Made by a program: the position numbers and the translations under genes | Source of the DNA: a virus | Direction: 5' to 3' (one strand) | IMG/VR virus record: IMGVR_UViG_3300044613_001897 | Length of the DNA: 64,000 nt | Notes under the pieces: model-generated | The model's input: the letters and a program-made list of their open reading frames with translations, nothing else | Database searches by the model: none | What the model was told of the DNA's origin: nothing | In this document: positions 29,659-37,745 of the stretch, one piece after another | How the letters are laid out: each line of letters starts with the position of its first letter | How positions within the stretch are numbered: position 1 is the first letter of the stretch

Positions 29659-31521
29659 ATGGAGATATCAAATAGTATCCTTAGCGAATTAACTGTGTAT
29701 ATGAAGTATGCTAAGTTTATTCCCGAGCTAAATAGACGAGAAACATGGGAAGAATTGGTTACTAGAAATAAAGAAATGCATCTAAAAAAATATCCGCATA
29801 TTGCTGATGATATTGAAACTGCATATAAATTAGTATACGATAAAAAAGTATTGCCCTCAATGAGGTCATTACAATTTGGTGGTAAACCAATTGAAATATC
29901 TCCTAATAGAATTTACAACTGCGCATACTTACCAATAGATGATATACGAGCTTTTGGTGAAGTTATGTTTCTATTATTAGGTGGTACTGGAGTAGGATAC
30001 TCAGTACAAAAACATCATGTAGATAGTCTACCTGAGATACATAAACCTAATACTACAAAGAATAGAAGATTCTTAATAGGTGATAGTATTGAAGGATGGG
30101 CTGATGCAATTAACGTACTAGTTAAATCATATTTTTCAGGAGGACCAACAGTAAATTTTGATTTTAGAGACATTAGACCTAAAGGAGCAAGATTGATAAC
30201 ATCAGGCGGTAAAGCTCCTGGTCCACAGCCACTTAAAGAATGTCTCGTAAAGATACAAGGAATTCTAGATGTTAAAAATAATGGTGATAAATTATCAGCA
30301 ATTGAAGTTCATGATATTGTGTGTCATGTAGCAGATGCAGTATTAGCAGGTGGTATTAGAAGGGCAGCATTAATTAGTTTATTCAGTGCTGATGATAATG
30401 AAATGATATCTTGCAAAACTGGAACATGGTGGGAAACTAATCCACAAAGAGGTAGATCAAACAATTCAGCAGTATTATTACGTAATAAGATTACTAAAGA
30501 ATTCTTTATGGATCTGTGGACTAAAATAAAAAATTCTGGATCTGGCGAGCCTGGTATATATTTCAATAATGATAAAGATTGGGGAACTAATCCTTGTTGC
30601 GAAATAGCATTGAGACCATTCCAATTCTGCAATCTTTGTGAAGTAAATGTATCCGATGTTGAATCACAAGAAGACTTAAATGCACGAGTTCGAGCTGCAG
30701 CACTTATCGGAACATTACAAGCAGGATACACAGACTTTCATTATTTACGACCAGTATGGAAACGAACTACAGAAAAGGAAGCATTGATTGGAGTTGGTAT
30801 GACAGGTATAGGTTCTGATAAAGCTCAACAGTATAATCTAAAAGAAGCTGCAGCAGAAGTTAAAAAAGAGAATGCTAGAATAGCAAAGTTAGTTGGAATT
30901 AATTCAGCCGCAAGATGTACAACAATTAAACCATCAGGTACTAGTTCATTAGTATTAGGTACAAGTTCAGGGATTCATGCATGGCATGATACTCATTATA
31001 TAAGACGTGTCAGAGTAGGGAAAAATGAACCAGTATACACACATTTAGCTATATATCATCCTGAACTAATTAAAGATGAATACTTTAGGCCACATGATAC
31101 AGCTGTGATAGAAGTTCCGCAAAGATCTCCTGCAGGTTCTATATTAAGAACAGAATCTGCTATTGAGTTACTAGAAAGAGTAAAGTTCTTTTACAATAAT
31201 TGGATAGCTCCAGGTCATATATCTGGACAGAATACACATAATATATCAGCTACTATCTCTATTAAAGATGATGAATGGGATATAGTAGGTGATTGGATGT
31301 TTGAGAATAGAACTTGTTACAATGGATTATCAGTATTACCCTATGATGGGGGTACGTATATTCAAGCACCTTTCGAGACTTGTACACCTGAAGTATATGA
31401 AGAAATGATGACACATTTAACTGCATTAGATATTACTTCTGTTGTTGAATATGAAGATAATACAGATGCAAAAGGTGAAGCAGCATGTGCTGGTGGTGCT
31501 TGTACGGTAGAGTCATTTTAA
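29659..31521 (+). CDS. nrdJ: Class II (adenosylcobalamin-dependent) ribonucleotide reductase
   Basis: VLPSMRSLQFGG, YNC, GGIRRAA, TNPCCEI...CNLCEVN, TIKPSGT, C-terminal CAGGAC; no beta subunit nearby. Confidence 0.9.
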   Translation: MEISNSILSELTVYMKYAKFIPELNRRETWEELVTRNKEMHLKKYPHIADDIETAYKLVYDKKVLPSMRSLQFGGKPIEISPNRIYNCAYLPIDDIRAFGEVMFLLLGGTGVGYSVQKHHVDSLPEIHKPNTTKNRRFLIGDSIEGWADAINVLVKSYFSGGPTVNFDFRDIRPKGARLITSGGKAPGPQPLKECLVKIQGILDVKNNGDKLSAIEVHDIVCHVADAVLAGGIRRAALISLFSADDNEMISCKTGTWWETNPQRGRSNNSAVLLRNKITKEFFMDLWTKIKNSGSGEPGIYFNNDKDWGTNPCCEIALRPFQFCNLCEVNVSDVESQEDLNARVRAAALIGTLQAGYTDFHYLRPVWKRTTEKEALIGVGMTGIGSDKAQQYNLKEAAAEVKKENARIAKLVGINSAARCTTIKPSGTSSLVLGTSSGIHAWHDTHYIRRVRVGKNEPVYTHLAIYHPELIKDEYFRPHDTAVIEVPQRSPAGSILRTESAIELLERVKFFYNNWIAPGHISGQNTHNISATISIKDDEWDIVGDWMFENRTCYNGLSVLPYDGGTYIQAPFETCTPEVYEEMMTHLTALDITSVVEYEDNTDAKGEAACAGGACTVESF

Positions 31522-31537
31522 AAACAGTTCGATATCA

Positions 31538-31711
31538 ATGAAAAAAATCATTTTAGTATTTTTTGTATCATTAATATCAGGTTGTGCTACAACATATAAT
31601 ATATCGCATGATAACAGTTTATGCAAATGTGAAATCAATCCAATGTCTAAATTTAGAACGACAGCAAATTGCCCATTACATTCTGTATATTCAGTTACAA
31701 TCATTCAATAA
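31538..31711 (+). CDS. Small lipoprotein (absent from ORF track)
   Basis: MKKIILVFFVSLISGC signal peptide II with lipobox Cys16; 57 aa. Confidence 0.55.
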   Translation: MKKIILVFFVSLISGCATTYNISHDNSLCKCEINPMSKFRTTANCPLHSVYSVTIIQ

Positions 31712-31713
31712 CT

Positions 31714-31896
31714 TTGGAGTTAGTAGTATTTATACCTGATTATTTAATAAGTAGAGGTTCGTGTTGTGGTAACGGTTGTTTACGTTGCCCATACGAACCT
31801 TTACATGTAAAAGGAAATACTAAATTAAAAGATATTTATATAAAATCTAAAGAAGATGATAAAACTGAAGTCACTAGTAAACGAAGCAGTACCTAA
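31714..31896 (+). CDS. Cys-rich DUF5522-like protein
   Basis: YLISRGSCCGNGCLRCPY motif; TTG start at 31714 assumed. Confidence 0.55.
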   Translation: MELVVFIPDYLISRGSCCGNGCLRCPYEPLHVKGNTKLKDIYIKSKEDDKTEVTSKRSST

Positions 31897-32152
31897 TATA
31901 TTAGCCTCTAATATAAAAGAACTAGATATTTTGTATACCGATCGTGGTAAGTTTTATAAAATGCAAATTACTGATAAAGGAAATAAAACGTTTAAAATTG
32001 CGTCTATACAAGATGCTGATACATTACTTGATAAGTTAGGTGTTACGAATAAATTGCCTAGAGTATATGATTATACTGATGTTGATTTGGTAGTTACCGA
32101 ATTACCTAAGAACATAAAAGTATCTCACTCAGATTCAATGGATATAAGCTAA
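31856..32152 (+). CDS. Leader-family protein
   Basis: MIKLKSLVNE leader; TATTTATA at 31833. Confidence 0.55.
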   Translation: MIKLKSLVNEAVPNILASNIKELDILYTDRGKFYKMQITDKGNKTFKIASIQDADTLLDKLGVTNKLPRVYDYTDVDLVVTELPKNIKVSHSDSMDIS

Positions 32153-32955
32153 TGGAACAGGAAAAGTTTGCAGTACGCGGCTACTATCATCCGGAGAGTT
32201 GCTTTGCTACAATTAAAGAGTGGCAAGAAGTTGCTAATAAATTCTTATCATTACAAAAATCAGGATTCGACACTAGAGGAGGTAAGATAGATGATAATCC
32301 GGAATTAGTTAGTTTAATAAACAGATGGTTCTCGTATCAATTGTATGTTGAAACTCAACAGTATGATGGCTTAACACAAAAAGAGGTATTAGATTTTATT
32401 GAAGATTTTGTTAACCATAGAGTATGGGGACTTAAACAAGAATTTGGTAAGTATTTACATCATCCAAATAATAATGATACATTTATAGATTCAGTAAAGA
32501 TAGCATTCTTTTATTCAAGAGGCGCACTAGAACCATATGTATTGTTGAATGATACATTTACCGAAAATGTATATGGATCAACAGATATTACAGTAAATAC
32601 ATTACATTGGACAACCAAGCAAGGATTTAAAAATATAGCAGATTCGTTGTTATCTAAACATCCATATTCTATATCTACATTTACCAAGCAATGGAAACCA
32701 TTCTTTAGACCTGAAAGTAACTATCTAGTAAAACTTAAAGGATATTTGGTTGCAGCATTCAAATCAGATGTTAAATCTATTGTAACAGATAAAGGTAACA
32801 GAGCTGCTAATATGTTTAGATTAGCTTATCCAGGTAAAGGAGATAATTTATGTTATGGAAATGAGCCTATAGATGAAGATGGTACCTATCTTTGGAATGA
32901 GGTTATCATAAAACCCTTTAAAGTATTGGAATATAAAAAGATATATAAGTATTAA
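32152..32955 (+). CDS. Hypothetical protein, possible ART-like C-terminal domain
   Basis: LHWT...ISTFT...WNEVII motif order. Confidence 0.4.
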   Translation: MEQEKFAVRGYYHPESCFATIKEWQEVANKFLSLQKSGFDTRGGKIDDNPELVSLINRWFSYQLYVETQQYDGLTQKEVLDFIEDFVNHRVWGLKQEFGKYLHHPNNNDTFIDSVKIAFFYSRGALEPYVLLNDTFTENVYGSTDITVNTLHWTTKQGFKNIADSLLSKHPYSISTFTKQWKPFFRPESNYLVKLKGYLVAAFKSDVKSIVTDKGNRAANMFRLAYPGKGDNLCYGNEPIDEDGTYLWNEVIIKPFKVLEYKKIYKY

Positions 32956-32978
32956 TAAAGGCCCTAGTTTCCCTAGTT

Positions 32979-33206
32979 ATGAGTCCGCAGTTAGATTTAC
33001 ATGGTATTCCGCATAGTGACGTACAAGAGTTAGTATCTGAATGGATATATTGTCAACCATTACCGTTAAAAATTATAACAGGTAATTCAGATAAAATGAA
33101 AAAAATCGTTACAAAAACTTTAAATTCGCTAAAATATACTTATATTATAGGTGATAATATTAATAAAGGATACATAAAAGTTACAAAACATGAAAGTTCG
33201 TATTAA
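32979..33206 (+). CDS. Stand-alone Smr-domain protein
   Basis: LDLHG...IITG...N.G.I.V. Confidence 0.75.
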   Translation: MSPQLDLHGIPHSDVQELVSEWIYCQPLPLKIITGNSDKMKKIVTKTLNSLKYTYIIGDNINKGYIKVTKHESSY

Positions 33207-33615
33207 AAAATTACACGAAGCGGCAATTGTGCCAAAATATTCAAAGCCAGGAGATGCTGGTTTAGATTTAACTGCAACAGAAATTATTAAAGAGGAAGGA
33301 TTTCAAATCACATACGGTACAGGACTAGCAGTTGAAATTCCTTTAGGTTATGTTGGATTGATATTTCCAAGAAGTTCAATTCGGAATTATGAATTAGCGC
33401 TAACTAACTGCGTTGGTGTTGTTGATAGTGGTTATAGAGGAGAAATTCAATTTACATTTAATAAGATAGGCGGTGTGCCCTCTAAAAAGTATGATGTAGG
33501 AGATAGAATAGGCCAATTAATAATATTACCGTATCCACAAATAGAATTAGAACAGGTATCGGAATTATCTAGTACTGAAAGAGGAGATGGTGGATTCGGC
33601 AGTAGCGGTAAATAA
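33190..33615 (+). CDS. dut: dUTPase (trimeric)
   Basis: AGLDL, PRSS, GVVDSGYRGEI, GDRIGQL, RGDGGFGSSG. Confidence 0.97.
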   Translation: MKVRIKKLHEAAIVPKYSKPGDAGLDLTATEIIKEEGFQITYGTGLAVEIPLGYVGLIFPRSSIRNYELALTNCVGVVDSGYRGEIQFTFNKIGGVPSKKYDVGDRIGQLIILPYPQIELEQVSELSSTERGDGGFGSSGK

Positions 33616-33650
33616 TTTCTATTTGATACTATATTTATATAAAATACTTC

Positions 33651-34022
33651 ATGAAAGAACTAGCATCAGTATTATTACATTCTAGAACACAAGCTCACGT
33701 ATTTCATTTACGAGTGAAAGGTCCAGGCTCATTTGCAGTACATCTCGCATTACAAGAATATTATGAGGGTATTATACCAATATTGGATGGCTTAGTAGAA
33801 GCATATCAAGGTAAAAATGGATTGATATTTTTTGATAATGTTGATGATATAGATAATGGTGCGACTATACAAAATATAGTTAAGTATTTTGATAAAATAA
33901 TTTCTATAGTAGATAAATTGAGAAAAGATAAATCATTACAAGATTCATTTTTTCAGAATGAAATAGATAATATAGTAGGATTATTATATTCTACTAAATA
34001 TAAGTTAGAAAATTTAGCATAA
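33651..34022 (+). CDS. Ferritin/Dps-like four-helix protein (DUF5856-like)
   Basis: H..H....G..SFA.H.AL.EYYE, D.LVEAYQG, N.IDNI.....T.YKL; TATTTATA at 33632. Confidence 0.6.
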   Translation: MKELASVLLHSRTQAHVFHLRVKGPGSFAVHLALQEYYEGIIPILDGLVEAYQGKNGLIFFDNVDDIDNGATIQNIVKYFDKIISIVDKLRKDKSLQDSFFQNEIDNIVGLLYSTKYKLENLA

Positions 34023-35815
34023 TGGGTATAAAATTAGATACTTTACTTACTGAGACTAATAATATAGACTCACAAGAGGCTAGTTTAGTGACTAAAAATA
34101 CCACCGAAATACCCAAATCGATTCCTGATATTGAAGCCATATTAAATGAATGGACTTGGAGATGTGAGAAGGGATATCCTGATTTCAATAATCCTTCAGA
34201 TATGTATAAGCTTCAAGAGGTATTAGATGAAATGGGAATTAATTTACCATTTGAAAGAATACACATTATTACAGAAGCAGAATTCGATCCTGCAAACTTA
34301 ATTAAGGACAAGTATTTTCAAGGATTCATCGAAAAAATATCGAATGGAGAATCTTTCGTATTAGAAAAAGATAAGTCAACAGTAGTTATAGATAAATCAT
34401 TTTTGAAAGTACTAAATAGTTTAGAGACAATACGTAACTTATCTAAGCGTCAAGAAGAGATGCGTAATATATTTGGCACAAAAGCAGTTATACCAACTAT
34501 AGATGGCAAAAAGGTTAAGTTATCAGATATTAGTAAGGATACATTCACTGCTAAATCAACAAAGGCCGGACTAGTAGGTACAGAGACTCCAGATTTTAAA
34601 GAGGGTCTAGTAGTATTTTTTTATAGTTGTTCGGATAAGATATTGAATGAAGTATTAAATAGAGTATTGAACAATACATCTATAAAATCTAATCTACAAA
34701 CAAATATCAATGCTATCAGACCAGAATATTATGGACAAAAGTCGACAGAATATGTAGCAAATGGTATACAATTATTACTAACAGATACTATACTAGATCC
34801 AAAGACAAAGAAACTTTATCTAAATGCTGTATCAGCAGCAAAGGCTATACAAACTAAATTTGGGACAGGATTGATAATAAATCGAGGTAAATTATTTGAA
34901 GAGATAAGAACAGTAGCAAGTGGTATTACTAAGATACCAAAAGACAAATGGTGCCCTGGCGATGTATATCTTTATAAAAAAGCATCAATTTCTGATATAA
35001 ATAAGATTATTAACGAATCTAAGAAGAATAACTCTATCGTTAATATAGAAGATAAGGCAGGTAAGATACTGCAGGTAGGATTAAATTCATTATTTGAGTC
35101 TGAAACTCCTATTGTATATGCGGTGTCTTTAAAGGAAGAAGAAGCACTTAGCGGTAGAGCAAAAGAATTTTTATCTGTAAAGAATATATCAGGAGAACAA
35201 TTAGGCACACAACAAGCTGATTTTACAAAGGATGAGATATCAATATTGAAAGGCCAACAATCAATATCTAAAAAGGTCACAGTCACTTATGTAAATCTTT
35301 ACAATGTACAGAAGAAAGCATATGATACTTCAGTAAAAAAGCTTGGATATAAAAATTCATTTGGTTCTAGTAAGGTAACAAAAGAACCTGATGCCGAATC
35401 TGCTACTAGAAATAAAATAGTAAAGACCGCAGTATATAAATTGATGACTAGTTATCTTAAAAACTTCAACACTTTGAAGAATATTAATCCTATAATGGCA
35501 AAGTATAAAGATCCATTTTTAGCATTAACTGCATTCGGAGTATCGTTAAGCGGATTTAATCCTACATTCTTTAAAGTGGTTGCATCATCTAAAGGCACAA
35601 TAGGACACATTACAGAATTTAAGGGAAGGGATAGTTTAAAGCTGGAAACAGATTCGGTATTAACTATAGATACTGTGACTAAAGCTGGTATTTATATTGA
35701 GTTTTATACTAAAATGGGCACAAAAAAATATAGAACTAAATTAGATATACGAGAATCAAAAGGTAGTAGTTCTATATCGATTGCGATAATTGTAGATGAA
35801 TTCAAAGAAGAATAA
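34022..35815 (+). CDS. Leader-bearing protein with putative PD-(D/E)xK nuclease domain
   Basis: MGIKLDTLLTE leader; EW.W...GYP segment; KWCPGDVYL...VSLK nuclease-like motifs. Confidence 0.5.
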   Translation: MGIKLDTLLTETNNIDSQEASLVTKNTTEIPKSIPDIEAILNEWTWRCEKGYPDFNNPSDMYKLQEVLDEMGINLPFERIHIITEAEFDPANLIKDKYFQGFIEKISNGESFVLEKDKSTVVIDKSFLKVLNSLETIRNLSKRQEEMRNIFGTKAVIPTIDGKKVKLSDISKDTFTAKSTKAGLVGTETPDFKEGLVVFFYSCSDKILNEVLNRVLNNTSIKSNLQTNINAIRPEYYGQKSTEYVANGIQLLLTDTILDPKTKKLYLNAVSAAKAIQTKFGTGLIINRGKLFEEIRTVASGITKIPKDKWCPGDVYLYKKASISDINKIINESKKNNSIVNIEDKAGKILQVGLNSLFESETPIVYAVSLKEEEALSGRAKEFLSVKNISGEQLGTQQADFTKDEISILKGQQSISKKVTVTYVNLYNVQKKAYDTSVKKLGYKNSFGSSKVTKEPDAESATRNKIVKTAVYKLMTSYLKNFNTLKNINPIMAKYKDPFLALTAFGVSLSGFNPTFFKVVASSKGTIGHITEFKGRDSLKLETDSVLTIDTVTKAGIYIEFYTKMGTKKYRTKLDIRESKGSSSISIAIIVDEFKEE

Positions 35816-35879
35816 TCCATATTATAGTATTATTATAGTTTGATACATATTTATTATAAATTAACAATCAAAAAAAACA

Positions 35880-36272
35880 ATGAAACTATCACAATTCAGA
35901 ACTCTAATTAGAGAGGAAGTTAGAAAGGTAATTATGGAAATTGACCCCAATTCTAATGTAGGAGATATGGAATTTCCCACCAAAGGCTTTGTAAACTGGA
36001 TGAAGTCATACTTAGAAGAGACTTCTGGATTTAGGGGAGCTGGACCTGCGAATAATTATATACGATCCGGTATTAAAAATCCACCAAAAACTGTTGATGA
36101 ATTTATAGATTGGTGGGCAGGATTTATTAAAGTTTCTAAAGGTGGGTCCGGATTCGGACCAATTGGTAATCCTGCTTATAATGCAGCTGATATGTGGGTT
36201 GATGGTGATGGGGACGCTGATGTGTATGATGATATAGTAGATCCGTATATAAGTAAACATTTCAAATCATAA
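35880..36272 (+). CDS. Leader-family protein
   Basis: MKLSQFRTLIREEVRKVIME leader; TATTTATT at 35848. Confidence 0.65.
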   Translation: MKLSQFRTLIREEVRKVIMEIDPNSNVGDMEFPTKGFVNWMKSYLEETSGFRGAGPANNYIRSGIKNPPKTVDEFIDWWAGFIKVSKGGSGFGPIGNPAYNAADMWVDGDGDADVYDDIVDPYISKHFKS

Positions 36273-36282
36273 TTATAATTAA

Positions 36283-36312
36283 TATGCCTCAAGTAGAAAT
36301 ATTTGAGGCATA
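36283..36312 (+). terminator. Hairpin (family shared with 12575 and 13730)
   Basis: TATGCCTCAAGTA-GAAA-TATTTGAGGCATA; weak U-tract. Confidence 0.55.
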
Positions 36313-36380
36313 CTACTATTTGTAGTATAAATTAGGTTTTCTCAGATTATTTTCTTATATTCATAAAAATAAAGTTATTT

Positions 36381-36857
36381 ATGGCACGTTACGTTTCAAC
36401 TAAACTATTTGATAATTATTCTGTTGCATTAAGACAATGGAAAGCTCAGCATTCCCATTGTCAGCTTGTTCATGGGTATTCTTTTATATTTAAAGTGTGG
36501 TTTGCATCTAATGAACCTGATGTTGATAAACAATTAGATTCTATGAATTGGATAACTGACTTTGGAGGATTTAAGCCACAACCTGTAGGAAATGGATTAA
36601 AGGATTGGATGAATTATATGTTCGATCATACAACACTTATAGAGAAAGATGATCCTATGTTAGATTTATTCCAGCAAATGGAACAGATGAATCTATTACA
36701 TTTAAGAGTAATGGATAAGATGGGGGCAGAATCTATGGCTAAACTAGTATATGATAAGTTTAATGATGTATTATCTAAAACAGATGCAGGTAGATGTAAA
36801 GTAATTAAAGTAGAATGTTTTGAAAATGACAAAAATTCTGCTATATTTGAAGAATAA
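36381..36857 (+). CDS. queD: 6-carboxy-5,6,7,8-tetrahydropterin synthase
   Basis: CQLVHGY, DFG, FDH, AESMA, terminal E...NSA. Confidence 0.88.
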   Translation: MARYVSTKLFDNYSVALRQWKAQHSHCQLVHGYSFIFKVWFASNEPDVDKQLDSMNWITDFGGFKPQPVGNGLKDWMNYMFDHTTLIEKDDPMLDLFQQMEQMNLLHLRVMDKMGAESMAKLVYDKFNDVLSKTDAGRCKVIKVECFENDKNSAIFEE

Positions 36858-37235
36858 GTATAGATACTAACAATAAACATTTCTAAACATTTAAAATTAA
36901 AAAAGTATGAACACACTAGCATTTGCTTTTGGAGTAGGTTCTACTATTGCTGTGATAATAGTTGCAGTTGTAGTATTGGTTACTGTAAAGGTATTAAAAC
37001 AAAACAAACAAATTAATTCTCTATTCGATATAATACGAGAGACAGAACAACAAATATATCAAGCACTATCATCTTCTAATGATAATGTATACTCCAGAAT
37101 AAATGACTTAGAAAGAGTAGTAGAGTCTGATAGAAAGGAGATTATGTCTTACATAGATTCTAGGATTGATAAAACCTTAGAGTCTAAGAAAAAACAACAA
37201 ATAAACGGATAACAAAACAGTTAGTATCTATACTT
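36856..37235. repeat. Perfect 16-bp inverted repeat enclosing one gene
   Basis: AAGTATAGATACTAAC (36856-36871) and GTTAGTATCTATACTT (37220-37235). Confidence 0.9.
36907..37212 (+). CDS. Membrane-anchored coiled-coil protein
   Basis: N-terminal hydrophobic helix followed by coiled coil. Confidence 0.65.
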   Translation: MNTLAFAFGVGSTIAVIIVAVVVLVTVKVLKQNKQINSLFDIIRETEQQIYQALSSSNDNVYSRINDLERVVESDRKEIMSYIDSRIDKTLESKKKQQING

Positions 37236-37269
37236 TTTCAACAATAAACAAAATTAAATAAACAAAGTT

Positions 37270-37569
37270 ATGGCAAAAAAAGCAACACCACTAGGAGATA
37301 GAATCTTAGTAAAGATAATCGGTGATAAAGAAGAAAAGACGTCTTCAGGTATCATTATACCAGATTCAGTAAAAATGGAAAATGTATCACAAGGGCTGGT
37401 AATATCAACCGGTGATGGTATATTCACACAGAACGGTACATTAATTCCTATGACAGTAAAAATAGGCGATGAAGTAATATTCCCACCATATACAGGCACT
37501 GAAGTAAAGTTGGATGGACAAGAATATGTTATTATGAGAGAATCAGAAGCTTTATTAGTTTGTAAATAA
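37270..37569 (+). CDS. groES: Co-chaperonin GroES
   Basis: PLGDRILVK, TSSGIIIPD, G.V...G.G, VK.GD.V, G.EY..MRESE.L. Confidence 0.92.
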   Translation: MAKKATPLGDRILVKIIGDKEEKTSSGIIIPDSVKMENVSQGLVISTGDGIFTQNGTLIPMTVKIGDEVIFPPYTGTEVKLDGQEYVIMRESEALLVCK

Positions 37570-37578
37570 AATAAAGAT

Positions 37579-37734
37579 ATGACACATCCAGATCCAAAAA
37601 AACATCAAGTAATAAGTTTTGTAAAATCATTCGTTAGAATAGTAGGTTATATGTGTTTACCAACTAATATAGCAATTGCTACCGGATTATTGATTTTCTC
37701 AGAATTAATTGGTATATTAGAAGAAATAGTTTAA
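37579..37734 (+). CDS. Small membrane protein (absent from ORF track)
   Basis: MTHPDPKKHQVISFVKSFVRIVG...ELIGILEEIV, 51 aa, fills the groES-queE gap. Confidence 0.6.
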   Translation: MTHPDPKKHQVISFVKSFVRIVGYMCLPTNIAIATGLLIFSELIGILEEIV

Positions 37735-37745
37735 AGATAAATAAT

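Noticed and set aside
31669-31713. Upstream start for the Cys-rich ORF
   Set aside because: Overlaps the lipoprotein ORF; TTG at 31714 follows its stop
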